Notes under the pieces: generated by a model
Seen by the model: the letters and a program-made list of their open reading frames with translations, nothing else
The model's database searches: none
What the model was told of the DNA's origin: nothing
DNA from: Macrostomum lignano
Taxonomy: Eukaryota
Direction: 5' to 3'
DNA length: 64,000 bases
NCBI GenBank assembly: GCA_002269645.1
Contig: NIVC01000598.1
Span: forward strand, 408,286 to 472,285
Part shown: one piece after another, positions 13,374 to 25,499 of the stretch
How positions within the stretch are numbered: the stretch's first letter is position 1
Layout: each line of letters starts with the position of its first letter
Position numbers and translations under genes: made by a program

Positions 13374-13895
13374 CAGATATCACCCCAGTTGCAACGATCT
13401 TATCCGTAAAAAATGTACCAAATCGGACCGATCTTATCGGGATGAAAACGTGTCATCTGTCGTGCAGACGTGTCAACCCACCCGATATTCACCAGACAGA
13501 TATTTTTTTCTTCGGGCAGATAATTCAAACAAAAAATGAATTCATATTTCGGGATACATTCCTTACTCTGACGCCATATTCAGCTTTAAAAATTTGCAAG
13601 CAGAAATTTTCTGTCCCAAAGAAAAAAAATTGGCATGAATGCAAAGTGTGTCAAAAGACGAATTCATTGGCACCCCTTACAAACACATTTTGGAAGCAAA
13701 TATCTCGGGAAATACTAAAGGGAATCATGTGTCTAAGATGTCATTGCAAAGCTGAGACATGCGTCAAGAAGTAATAAAAGTTTCAGAGCAAATGATTGAA
13801 GCATTGAGACGCAGCGATAAATCAAAGTTTTGGTTTATCTTGGTTGAAGATCGAAAAGTTGAAGATCGAAAAGAACAAAACCACCAGACCCACTG

Positions 13896-14876
13896 CCAGA
13901 CCCACTGGAGAGTCGGAGAGGGCATGGCCCACCGAGTCCGGTCGCGTGGCTTGCAGTTGAAAGTACCCAGACTCGCGCATTAGGTCTCCGAGCTTCCCAA
14001 AGAACGGATAGATCTTGTCGCAGTCGCGCTTATCGAAGAGAACACCTGCAGGTAGAAACGAACCCGCGACTATCTGCAGCAGAATCGACGGGTGTCGAAA
14101 CGACTGCATCGGCATGCTTGTATGGAAGCCCAATAGACGGTCCTGGAACTCTATCGCCATCACGTGACCGACGATACTACCAAAGTCTCCACCGTGCACG
14201 TAGTACTTGTGGAATCCGAGCCGACCCATCAGCTTGTCCATCACCCGAGCAGCGGCGGACGGGTCGAAGCCTCGCTTCTTCGGAGCCTCCGACCAGGCGA
14301 AGCCGGGCAGCGAGGCGGCCACCACCTCGAAGGCGAAGCCGTCAGAGTCTGACGTCGTCAGCAGAGGCAGCAACTTGTGGAACTCGATCACTGAGCCCGG
14401 CCAGCCGTGCAGCAGCAGCAGCGGTGCCCGCTTCTTCGCCTTCTTCGGCTTCACGTGCATAAAGTGTACCTGCAGACCCTCGATCCTCGTCAAGTAGTTC
14501 TCGAAGCTGTTGATCTTCTTCTCCCACTGACGCCAGTCGTACTTCTCCAGCCAGTAGGTCACCACCTGCTGCATGAATCGGCCATTGAACCCGTATTCGA
14601 ATGCCGAGTTCTCCAGCGGCTCGACAAACTTGAACGCGCGCAGACGCGACTTCAGGCTGTTGAGGTCAGCGTCGCTCACCGACACCTTCATGGGCTTCAC
14701 CGCCTCGCTGTCGCCGCCACCGGTCGCACTGCTGCCCCAGTTGAGGGTGGCTTGAAGGTCCGGCTTCGGCGGCACCGCCAGCCGATCCAGAAAGCCCAGA
14801 CCTGCCAGCAGCAACAGCGCCAACAGGAGCACCGAGCCAGCGCAGAGCACCGTTCCGTTCACAGTATGCTGCACAT
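13896..14876 (-). pseudogene. EPHX1: Microsomal epoxide hydrolase pseudogene; inverted, 5' disabled and 3' truncated
   Basis: Nearly identical to the two + copies up to DSPVGL. The orthologous ATG (14876) reads ATG TGC AGC ATA CTG TGA, followed by a 4-nt duplication (gaacggaacgg). The supplied ORF uses a GTG start. Homology ends at ~13896, removing the catalytic Glu, His and second Tyr. Confidence 0.85.
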
Positions 14877-15102
14877 TGTTTTTAGCCCGTTAACTTAGCA
14901 ATTGTTGTTGTAGCTAACTAGAATAAACTAATTGGTCAGGATCAGGAATGCGTAGCTTTAATAACGAAGTTGTCGAATAGTCACATTCGAAGTTGGGGTA
15001 TTAACCGAAATCGTAATGGCCGGCGAAAATAGCAACCCCAGTGTGCAAGCTGCTTTAATTTCAATTTCATTTTTAGGATGGAATTAAAGAGCCCTCGCCC
15101 CT

Positions 15103-15378
15103 CAGTGGCGTACCCAGGATTTTCCATTTGGGGGGGGGGGGTCAATTCAAAGACTCGCTGTTTTTTGCTTTTACTGTACCGTTTGATTGTGACGAAACGG
15201 ATTACATTTGTGATGTGGCTTGTCAAGTTGTCTGTTATTCGAATATCTGTTGTTATTTCATTGATTTGACAGTTGGTCAAAGTTGGATGGGATGGCCAGT
15301 AAAGGATGGGTGGTACTCAGCCTGGTGGGCCGCCGCACCACGGACCTTCGTCAACCCCCCCCCCTGCGTACGCCACTG
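15103..15378. mobile_element. Small hAT-like MITE
   Basis: TIRs CAGTGGCGTAC / GTACGCCACTG; no exact TSD. Confidence 0.6.
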
Positions 15379-16487
15379 AGAGCCCTACAGGAGCCTCATC
15401 AGCCTCTGGAGTCCGGACTCTGGTCTGGAGGAAAATGAAAGTCGCAACTCGCAAAGTCATGTACGATTTACGTAAATCTACGATAGATACTTGCTTTTTA
15501 ATTCAAGTATTTGAATTCTTCAAACCTTTTTAAAGCATATGAGATGCTCTCTTGCATGTACTTTTGAATTCATGGCTAGCACCCTTACGAGTTACAAAAA
15601 TACAATCGGTTATTAGTAATATTAATATATGGTATATTTCGGCGTAGTCGCGTGGACAGCTACTAAATTAATGATTAAAGCTCTCTGCTGCTTGTCTCGG
15701 TGTAAAAGTTGATCTTCTGGAATTCTTAGGAAAAAACGAGGGCTAGGCCTGTTCTAATTTCTTTGTACCGAACGGAAGCTTGTACCCTACAGGCAAGCCC
15801 TATAATGATTGAGGGTATCTTCGACTTGCAATAACAAATACAGACAAAAAAGGGCATCGAGCTATGGGTTTTACGAAATGCCAGCAATAGCAGTTCAGCG
15901 ACTGCACTGACTGGGTAATTTGGCATTTGGCTGTGCGTTTTTGGAGCGATAAATATATTATAATTAGTAGGTCTTAAAAGCGAAACCAAAACGCGCTTCC
16001 AGTTTCCAGCACTAACTATACTGACTCTTTAGATACTGACTTCTTTGAAGCCATATGCTTGTCGAAATGTATTAAGTTAGCATATTGAACCCATCCCAGA
16101 TAACTGTTTGTTGAGGCTGCAAAAATCAAGTCTTCGAAAAAGTTCATTATGGCCACATCTGTGTGACTGTGTCATGCAACGCCCCCTGGCGGATGGCTTT
16201 TACACGCCAAAAGTCAATTTCGCTATAGCCCGAAAACTTGAAAATTTCGGCGATTTGAAAGTTCGATATTGCGAAACGCCTGAATGGACCTCAGTAACAC
16301 ATTCTGCTGCATACGCTCGTAGAGGAAACCTAAGAACACCTCAATAGTGTTTTATTTATATGATAGACGCATGGAAAATTAAAGTAGACTCGGTTTTCCT
16401 ATAGAAATGAGCTGGAGGTTGGCAAGGAACGCATATTTGTCGCATCGGCGTATCGCTGGTGCATTTAGCTATCTGTATGCTCTGGAA

Positions 16488-16951
16488 AGGGGATTGGCAA
16501 ATCCTTTAACCTCAGGGCCAGATGAAGAATCCTGCTCAGGACTGCGGGTCAGATGAGAGTGGAAAGAAGAGAGAACTATGAAAGATGAGAGATGAGAGAA
16601 AAGACAGGCTAGAGATAAGATGAGAGAATATACACCCGTATAAGAAAAAAGAAGAGGATACTAGAGTACGGGAGAAAGACGGAAGAAGGGAGAGAGGAGA
16701 GTGAGGAGAGGAGAGAGGAGATGGAAGAGAGGAGAGGGGAGACAGGAGAGATGATAGAGAAAAGAGGAGAGAGAGGGAGAGAAGAGAGGAGAGAGGAGAG
16801 AGGGGAAAGAAGGAAGAGGGAAGAGAGAGGAGAGAGGAGAGAAGGGAGAGAGGGGAGAAAAAGAGGAGAGGGGAGAAGAAGTTGCAATGAAACCCGAGGG
16901 CCAGATAGAGAGCTGCTCCGAAGGCCTGACACCGGAGTTTGCCGACCCCTG
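16488..16951. mobile_element. hAT/Charlie-like MITE with a GA-rich low-complexity interior
   Basis: Right TIR GTTTGCCGACCCCTG followed by ctctagag (Charlie-type NTCTAGAN target). Degenerate left TIR aggggattggcaaa preceded by ctctggaa. Related end at 32976. Confidence 0.65.
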
Positions 16952-17377
16952 CTCTAGAGAATGCATAAGAAAATAGCGTCCCTCTAACCTCGGCTGTTCA
17001 TAAATCCCTATCTAGGCCAAACCAATTCTTTTTAGGATTCAGCAGTGAATAGCGGATTGCAGGCAGGCAAACCTGAATGCGTGTTAGGGACCGAAGTTGG
17101 GAAATTCGGAGGATGGAAACCGCTATATTATAAGTATAGGCATAGGGGATAGGCCAACAGGAAAGCACATACAGTCATAAGTATTTTTCGTCACCCATTG
17201 AATCGGCTTAGCGTGCAAAAAAGCCCGGCGATGCGCAGGGCAGAAGGCAGTTAGTCCGGTAGTTAGGTAGCCCCAAAGTCCTGGCTTGCACTCTCAACCC
17301 GCACCACGGATGCAAGCAGCGGAGAGGAATTTCTATAGCAGCACCATCGGACGGCATTAACGCTCGCTAATGCTGCC

Positions 17378-17420
17378 TATAAAAGCCCCCCAACCCCATT
17401 AGGGCGCAACAGCATATAAA
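17378..17420 (+). promoter_or_regulatory. Two TATA-like boxes upstream of the metalloprotease gene
   Basis: TATAAAA at 17378 and TATAAA at 17415, 50-90 nt before the ATG at 17468. Confidence 0.45.
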
Positions 17421-17467
17421 TATTTCCCCGAACTGTAATTCTTGCCCGAGCCGCGATTGCTCGAAGA

Positions 17468-20400
17468 ATGATGCGCTCGGTGCTTTTTGGCAGTATTGCC
17501 TATATCTGGCTGCTGTTGGCGGTTGAAGCCTCTGCCTCTGCTTCATCGCAGCGAGATGGTAAGTTTCTTTAAACGCTTAACTAATTCGTTTTAGTTTTTG
17601 CTGTCTATCTTAGTGTTCGAGTTGTCTAGCTTGTAATCGCATTATCTTATTAGTGACCTTAAATGGGTATCTATTGACCTCACATGTAGGTGAACAACAA
17701 AATACTCGTGTTTCTATAACTGAATAGCATTGATAATAAAAAATGAAGTCTAGTAAAAGTACAAAAATAATTACCCCCTTCCTTGTAGGTCACGCCTACG
17801 AGATGAGGGTACAGTTGGTGTATGACTCAACCCTAGCAGAGTACTTCAGCAGCACATCGGAGACTGAAAAGTACTTGACAACATTTGTACAGCAGGTGCG
17901 GCTGACTAAACTCTGACCTTTGCGCAAAACATATGCACGATATTACTGACAAAGGAATAGCTAGTAGTCAAAATCGCATCTCAACTTTATCTTCAAAAAT
18001 ATGCACACCATTTTGCATAATACCAGGGCAAAATGCTTTAGTTCAAGTGAAGATCGATATTGTTTCCAGGTTAACACCATCCTGGCTCACAGGTCTCTGA
18101 GTCGGGAAGTTCAACTGCGCCTTATTATGACTCAAAATCCGCCTAAGAGACTAAGTCGAGCAGATGTGAGTAGAATCTTTCTTGACCATTTAACTTTCCT
18201 AAACTATTTGCTAATCAACTATTAAAACTTTATGTTTTAATTGTCAGTGGCCGCAATCTCAGCAGTCCTGAACCCTACAGAACCTGAGTTGAAAGGGCCC
18301 GACCACAGCACCTCAGCTCAGCCTCCAATGCATAAATGACTAATAGAAACTGTTTAACGTGACAAGACATCGTAAAAGTAGTTAAATGTTATCTGTCCTG
18401 CTAGGCTGTAGTTTCACGAGGGTGCAGCTGCTAACAAACTGGAGAATGCTAGTAGTGAATCGTGAACCCCAAAACTTGGGTGGTAATGAAAACAAACGTT
18501 AAGTGCTTTCCGAAATTGTACCGAAAGTCCTCAATCCTGCAAATGCAAAATACTTGTTCGTAGAAGTATCTTAAACAATTTTATGCAACTTCTCTTCCAA
18601 ACTCTATCTAAACTTGACTCTTTCTTGGCACGAACGGTCTGACAGAGGTTTGTCTCACAGGAAAGCAAATAGAAATTCACTTTTAAAATAAATGAAATTA
18701 AAGTTACTCACTCAGGCGGGCTGTGTCCACGATACGAGTAAAATAAAAGCTTTAAAGCTTGAAATAGAAGTTAGAAACCACTGTCAGCTTCTATGATTTC
18801 TTCCTAACTGTAGGAGCAGCGCATTGGCCTGACGCGACTGCGCCGCTCAGCCGTCTCCGGCGGGTCCAGCTCAGTCGATCGTCTAGCGGGCGACATCCTA
18901 CGGCAATTTTGCCGTTTTGTCGACGCTAAACGGGTCTACAGGCACCTGCCCGATTATGGTCAGGCGATCCTGCTCACCGGACTGTCTGTCGCGTCCGGAG
19001 CGCCGTTGGGCATCGCCTACCGTGGCGGCGCATGCTGGCCCGGCGTCGACTGCGCCCTGCTGATGGTGCCGAGGCGGCGGCTGTTTCGCATCGCATTCAC
19101 GGCCGCGCACGAGCTGGGCCACGGACTCCGCCTGGGGCACCGGGCTGGCGCTGGCGGTCTCATGATGAGCCGACAGCTGGCGGCCGACTGGCCCGACGCA
19201 TTCCGATGGTCGGCGGACTCGGCGCTGCAGCTGCGGTCGGAAGTGGAAGCAATGGGGTAATGGCACGAATTAGTTAAAAAGAAGTGTGAAATATTGAAAA
19301 ATCACGGGCTTTGTTCGTTGCTCTGTGTTACCAACCGATTTAGATAGTCGAATCTCCCTCTGTGTCCGCTATTATAGACATATGGTAGTCTACATGAATT
19401 TTACAAAAATACTTACATGTAAGAACACAGGACGCAATTTACTCGAGCTTAGTGCATTTTTTCAGAAGGCTGGGCCCATGGATTTTTAATTCAATACGGT
19501 CCCAAAGGTCGTATATATAGTGTAGCCTCTTTTCATATGCATTTAGCGACGAGCAAGTCACCACCCTGGCGTGGCACTGTGTCCGGCCTCATGATCGATC
19601 TAAGCGATCTGTTGCACCGTTGGCGACTCCAGCAGCTGGCAGGCCAAACAGCTGCCATTTGGGTGGGGGGGGGGCTTCGTAAGACCGAAATTTCACAACG
19701 CCAAAAACAACTACGTGCATGGTCCTTCACAAGACCGAAACTTCATAAAACCGAAATTTCACAACGTCGAAAATTCCGCACAGTCCTTGTTCTCTACGAT
19801 GTGAAATTTCGATCTTATGAAGTTTCGGTCTTGTGAAGGGCCTTGCAGAGTTTTGGCGTTGTGAAATTTCGGTCTTATGAAAGCGACCCCCGTTCGGCCC
19901 CACATTTTCGTAGTCTCTAAAATGAGCTTTCCAATTGTATCTCATTTAAAATATTGCATGTATATGGTACTGTACTTTTAAACCTTTTTACAAACCAATA
20001 AGCGAAACTATATAATTCATTCGAAATATCATCATTATAATTTGTTTTCATTTGTATCGCATTGAAAATGAATGGATAAATGCATCTATTGAATGAAAAA
20101 TCTGCCCAATCTATCTAGAGTGTGCTCTTACATAGTCGAGCTGAGGGTAATTCTTTCGGTAACTCTTCTTCAAGTCAGTATATTCAACTGAATTATGTAG
20201 GTGCTAATTAAAATCTTCTCAAAAATACCGAAATAGTTGAAGCGTCACTTCTGTTACTTTAAAATTTCTATTCTACTTCTATTCCTCAATTTTAGAGAGC
20301 ATTCCATCTGCATGCGTCGCATTAACGCAATCGGTCACAAGATAATATCGAACATTAGTGACGTCATTCAATGGAATCCTGACAGAGTCTGCGATCTGGT

Positions 20401-21094
20401 CACTGACGGTCAACTGCCAGTTAGTGGAGTACCGTTCAAAGTGAGCATAGTGAGCATCTGTCACGTTCTACGCAAAAATATTTTTGACTAAATCTGGCTA
20501 AATGCTATTGACAAATCATCGGTTGACACTGATCATGCACTTGTCGATTTGTCCCATTGTTTTATTGAACAAATCATTTGTAAAAAATTCATGAAACCAT
20601 GAAGTAGCTTAATAACTGATTTCGTAACGTACTTAGGCACCGCGGAGCACGGGGGGCGCCGGGGGGACCTTCCTGACATTCGAGATGATTGCTTAAAAGC
20701 AATGGGCGAGGCATCTTTGAACTAAAGCCTCGACTGCAGCGCTAAAATACCATTAAAATATAATGGCTAGTGAGAATCTGCCCCCCCCCCCGACAAAAAA
20801 AGTGTTTCGCGCTGCCTGAACGACTTTTTTGACATAATACGCTCGTAGCTCAGAGACGTTTCTAACTGCTGAGTTGGTATTTTTCCGCAGTCGATGCAGT
20901 GCCGCATGTTCTGCTGTCGGGCCGCCGCTCCCTCCGCCGCATCCTTGTCTGTCGTGGCCTCGTCAACAAGCGCCTGCACGGCCAGGATCAGCGCATTCAA
21001 TGGAATGTTCTGCGGCGGGAATAATAACGGGCGCTGTTTCGACGGCCAGTGTATTCGATTGGTTTCTAATAGTAGTACTGCCAGTGCCACGTAG
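17468..21094 (+). CDS. Secreted reprolysin (M12B) / ADAMTS-like metalloprotease, short form
   Basis: Exons 17468-17558 (signal peptide MMRSVLFGSIAYIWLLLAVEASAS), 17789-17895 (YEMRVQLVYD), 18070-18165 (VNTILAHRSL) and 18814-19256 (LGIAYRGGAC...AAHELGHGLRLGH, Met-turn GLMMS) are phase-compatible. The terminal exon 20891-21094 (CRMFCC...C...NGMFCG...CFDGQC) is an ADAMTS disintegrin-like module. Linking exon(s) near 19343-19662 are unresolved. Confidence 0.8.
19668..19891. mobile_element. ~220-bp foldback MITE in a metalloprotease intron
   Basis: Arms of aagaccgaaatttcacaac / gttgtgaaatttcggtctt repeated in inverted orientation, with G-rich and C-rich ends. Confidence 0.7.
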
Positions 21095-23111
21095 TTGTTG
21101 GTCTGTCGGACCATATGATTGAATTATTTATGTTGTTCCAATTATTTTAGTTAAAAGCACAGATACTAAAAGAATGTGTCTCATTAAGCTTGAAATTTCA
21201 CAAGCTCAAAATTTTATATCGTTGAAGAATCTCGCTTGCTGCTTTCAAAATCTCAAAACTTATAAGCATGAAGTGTCACATTATTGAATATGTAAAAATG
21301 CCTGTTATTTTTACAAGCTAGAAACTGGATGTCAAATGGAAGCGATGTACCAGAGCGGTGCTTTCGCTGTCAGATTTCCTATTGGACCGGCAATAAGTCT
21401 AAAATCATCGAATGCATCGCTTCGAGTTCTGCAGCCTCAAGTTGACATAAGATCTCCATTTAGCCAATAATATCCCACTGGAGTCTGGGTACACATTGTT
21501 GAAAAGTCCCATCAGTCGCCACCTACGCTAGTTCACAAATTAAAAAAAAATTAGACGATCTGAAATGTAGAGCTTGTGAAAGCGGCATTGCCAAACCATT
21601 AAATTTATTGCAAAGTCAAACGGAAATCTGGTTTTTGATTGGTTTGTCCATATGTTTTGTCTCTGGAAAAAACTGGACGTCGTAGTCACGATATCCGATA
21701 GCTAATAGGAATTTTATTGCATTGAATAGATAGCAAGTGACCAATCTACTGCTCTAAGATCATGCAGTGATTCAAAGCTACGAAATTTGTACAATGATTT
21801 ACATGTACTGACAATACGCATGCATGCTAAAAAATGTAGAGGTCGTACCGATAGATCTGGAACAATAACTGTTAAAAATGCTTTTATTGAGATCCGTATA
21901 GCCTAGTACAGCCTTTTAACTGTGATTGTTAATATGATCAAATACGATATTCGTATTACGTGTAATATTACATAAAAGATAAAACTACCATCATTACATG
22001 GTCTAAGCAGAATTGTTTAAAGCTAATGTAATATATATATATTCCAAATTAGCAAGATATCTGTAAAAGAGCTAATTACAAGCGTAGTTAGCCCTTATAC
22101 TAGACTACTAGAATATGGTAATTTATATATAAATAAAACCTTTTGTTCGTTTTGTAAAGTTAAAATACAATCTACCGTAAACCGTAATGCACGTTGACAT
22201 CGAAGTCGCATACTACGCTCGTGGCTCGTATTTTATGCTTCTTCGTACTCCCTGGAATGTAATTCTAAAATGTAAATCTATCCATTTGGAGCTAATTTAT
22301 AATATATTAGTAACTTAAATAAAATCAATAATTAGCCGTAAGCGCGCACCTCTCGGGGTGAAGTTTGCAGTGGTTAATCCCCTGTTTGCGCGCTCTCAGC
22401 CAGCATTAAATATTTCCGTCAAACTTTTTCCGCGATCTTGGTGCATACTTCTCCCAATTTTTGCTTCCATTGACGTTTCAGCTTTTGTTCGCTTGCGCGC
22501 CGCGCTCTCCAATCCCATAAAGGTGTTTAGATCCGCCATCTTTCGTGCTCCGACCGGTGAATGAGTTCAATCTGAGCGAACTAACAGCACGCCTGTATTT
22601 AGTGTACCATAGTTGATGGAACAGGCGTGCAGTGGCAATAGAAAGTCACAACATTCCAGGCATGCTAGCTACCAGCTATGCATCCATCAAAACACGATCG
22701 CAGCTTTCGCGTCCATGTACGTTTTACAATTCGCATAAAAAACCCAACAGACACACCTAAACCTGACAGCTGCTTTTGAAATGAACTGAGAGTGTACGAA
22801 CGTGCAATGCCGCTAAGTGCAAGGAACAAAGCAATGTAGCTCGTACACTGTTGGGAAACCCTTCCAATTCCTGCCCTTTCGACCAAGGCTTATAGTAGCT
22901 TCATATACGCTGAAGTTAGCTGGCTGCTGTCGTGGCAAGCCAAAGTCGAACGCATTAGCAGCGGTGGCTACAGACAGACTGTGTTATTAGAGCTTTACTT
23001 TATATTTCAGAGCTGCTACCAATTAACCACTCTCGTTGCTCGCTAAAGCTAGCTGATTTAGATTATCGCTCCAGCTCTTCTTGGTACAAAATTTCCCCCG
23101 CTCACTGGAAA

Positions 23112-24539
23112 ATGTGCAGCATATTGCGAACGGTGCTCTGCGCTGGCTCGGTGCTCCTGTTGGCGCTGTTGCTGCTGGCAGGTCTGGGCTTTCTGGATCG
23201 GCTGGCGGTGCCGCCGAAGCCGGACCTTCAAGCCACCCTCAACTGGGGCAGCAGTGCGACCGGTGGCGGCGACAGCGAGGCGGTGAAGCCCATGAAGGTG
23301 TCGGTGAGCGACACTGACCTCAACAGCCTGAAGTCGCGTCTGCGCGCGTTCAAGTTTGTCGAGCCGCTGGAGAACTCGGCATTCGAATACGGGTTCAATG
23401 GCCGATTCATGCAGCAGGTGGTGACCTACTGGCTGGAGAAGTACGACTGGCGTCAGTGGGAGAAGAAGATCAACAGCTTCGAGAACTACTTGACGAGGAT
23501 CGAGGGCCTGCAGGTGCACTTTATGCACGTGAAGCCGAAGAAGGCGAAGAAGCGGGCACCGCTGCTGCTGCTGCACGGCTGGCCGGGCTCAGTGATCGAG
23601 TTCCACAAGTTGCTGCCTCTGCTGACGACGTCAGACTCTAACGGCTTCGCCTTCGAGGTGGTGGCCGCCTCGCTACCCGGCTTCGCTTGGTCGGAGGCTC
23701 CGAAGAAGCGAGGCTTCGACCCGTCCGCCGCTGCTCGGGTGATGGACAAGCTGATGGGTCGACTCGGATTCCACAAGTACTACGTGCACGGTGGAGATTG
23801 GGGCAGCATCATCGGTCACGTGATGGCGATAGAGTTCCAGGACCGTCTGTTGGGCTTCCATACAAGCATGCCGATGCAGTCGTTTCGACACCCGTCGATT
23901 CTGCTGCAGATGGTCGCGGGTTCGTTTCTACCTGCAGGTGTTCTCTTCGATAAGCGCGACTGCGACAAGATCTACCCGTTCTTTGGGAAGCTCGGAGACC
24001 TAATGCGCGAGTCTGGGTACTTTCACCTGCAAGCCACGCGACCGGACTCGGTGGGCCATGCCCTCTCCGACTCTCCAGTGGGTCTGGCTGCCTACATCTT
24101 AGAGAAGTTCAGCGTTGCGACAAACTTGCAGAACCGATTCAGCAAAAACGGAAGTTTGGTTGGACCAAAAGCCGCTTTTACACTGGACGAGCTGCTGACG
24201 AATGTGATGATCTACTGGACCACCGGGTCCATCACCTCGTCAATGCGCTTCTATAAAGAGGATATAAGCAGCATGACCTCCAGCATGTATCCCTCCATCC
24301 CCTCGCAGGTGCCCCATGGAGTCGTGTCGTTTCTAAATGAGATTTTTCGGATTCCTGAGCGTTTCGTCCGTGTGACCCATCCGAATCTGCTGCTCTACAC
24401 AGATTTTAATGACCTCGGCGGCCACTTTGCCGCTCTTGAGCTGCCCGAACTCGTGGCGAAGGATATCCGAAAGTTCTTTCTTCTAGCCGAGGCCTTCCAC
24501 TCTGCCGCTGCTAAACGTGGGAAAAAGTCGGAACTTTGA
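23112..24539 (+). CDS. EPHX1: Microsomal epoxide hydrolase (EPHX1/JHEH family), copy A; intronless CDS, 475 aa
   Basis: N-terminal signal anchor, HGWP oxyanion motif, GGDWG nucleophile, ESGY and MRFY tyrosines, NEI acid and GGHFAA His. Confidence 0.95.
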   Translation: MCSILRTVLCAGSVLLLALLLLAGLGFLDRLAVPPKPDLQATLNWGSSATGGGDSEAVKPMKVSVSDTDLNSLKSRLRAFKFVEPLENSAFEYGFNGRFMQQVVTYWLEKYDWRQWEKKINSFENYLTRIEGLQVHFMHVKPKKAKKRAPLLLLHGWPGSVIEFHKLLPLLTTSDSNGFAFEVVAASLPGFAWSEAPKKRGFDPSAAARVMDKLMGRLGFHKYYVHGGDWGSIIGHVMAIEFQDRLLGFHTSMPMQSFRHPSILLQMVAGSFLPAGVLFDKRDCDKIYPFFGKLGDLMRESGYFHLQATRPDSVGHALSDSPVGLAAYILEKFSVATNLQNRFSKNGSLVGPKAAFTLDELLTNVMIYWTTGSITSSMRFYKEDISSMTSSMYPSIPSQVPHGVVSFLNEIFRIPERFVRVTHPNLLLYTDFNDLGGHFAALELPELVAKDIRKFFLLAEAFHSAAAKRGKKSEL

Positions 24540-24609
24540 GAAGCTTACACTAGTTAATCCCGATTTTGATTTTACTTCGAGCAAGCCGTTTGTTTTATTG
24601 AGTTTCGAT

Positions 24610-24930
24610 CATGGAGGAAAGAATGGAATGGAGTGCTGATCTGAGCCAGTTGTTTTTATCTCTCTCGATTTTTGCTTTTAACATCCCTTTCCCCCCCCCG
24701 TTCCTTCCTATTGGCTGAAAGCATATTTTGATGCGAGCTCATAGCTCGTACTATGCTGGGACAGACCATTCAGAGGGGAATGAAAACGAAAACGAGACGA
24801 AAAATACTTTGTCTATGGCAGTCACGAGCCAATAGGAAAGAACGGGGGGGAAGGGATGTTAAAAGTTGAGATCGAGCGAGATAAAAATGACTGGCTCAGA
24901 TTGGCGCTCCATTCTATTCTTTCCTCCATG
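24610..24930. mobile_element. 321-bp foldback MITE with 8-bp TSD, 70 nt after the EPHX copy A stop
   Basis: TIRs CATGGAGGAAAGAAT / ATTCTTTCCTCCATG with ~110-bp imperfect inverted arms; TSD gtttcgat at 24602-24609 and 24931-24938. Confidence 0.9.
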
Positions 24931-25499
24931 GTTTCGATTGAGTCAATTTCTGAATGTTAGTCTGAGTCTCATGCGGCACCATTTTTTTTACTACGATACA
25001 CTATGTATGCTTACGTTTTCTCATTAATTTTATGGACCAATTTTTATGATCAGCTCTAATAATTGCGAGTAGAAGACCCGCAAATAGTTATTTAGCTAAA
25101 ATTGTTGGCCTGTCGGTAATTAGGAATTACGTAGAATGGAATTTCACTACAAGTGTATTCCGTCAGAGTATACAAACAGATTTTCATCAAATGGGACGTA
25201 CATATAGGATTCGCTGCTCATCTTCTAAGGCAAAAAATGTTACCGCTTTTACTGCTGTAACTTACTTTGTATATCAAATAACTCTTTTGACATTTGTTAA
25301 TCTCGTGGCACTATAAGCTTTTCGTAGCCTAATATCCAAGCGCCTCACTTGATATTACAGCAGCTAATGTCAACCTTTTGGAGATTAAAGTCTAATCATT
25401 CTCAAAGCCTTCGACAAAAAGAACTGATTTGAAATCCAAGAGTTAGAGTTTGAATTATGTAGATACTTAGAATTGAACTCCAAAAGTGTTCGAGTAAAT

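Noticed and set aside
22340-22600. GC-rich patch with a short minus-strand frame (MADLNTFMGLESAARKR...)
   Set aside because: No recognisable motif and an early stop; at most a decayed mobile-element fragment.
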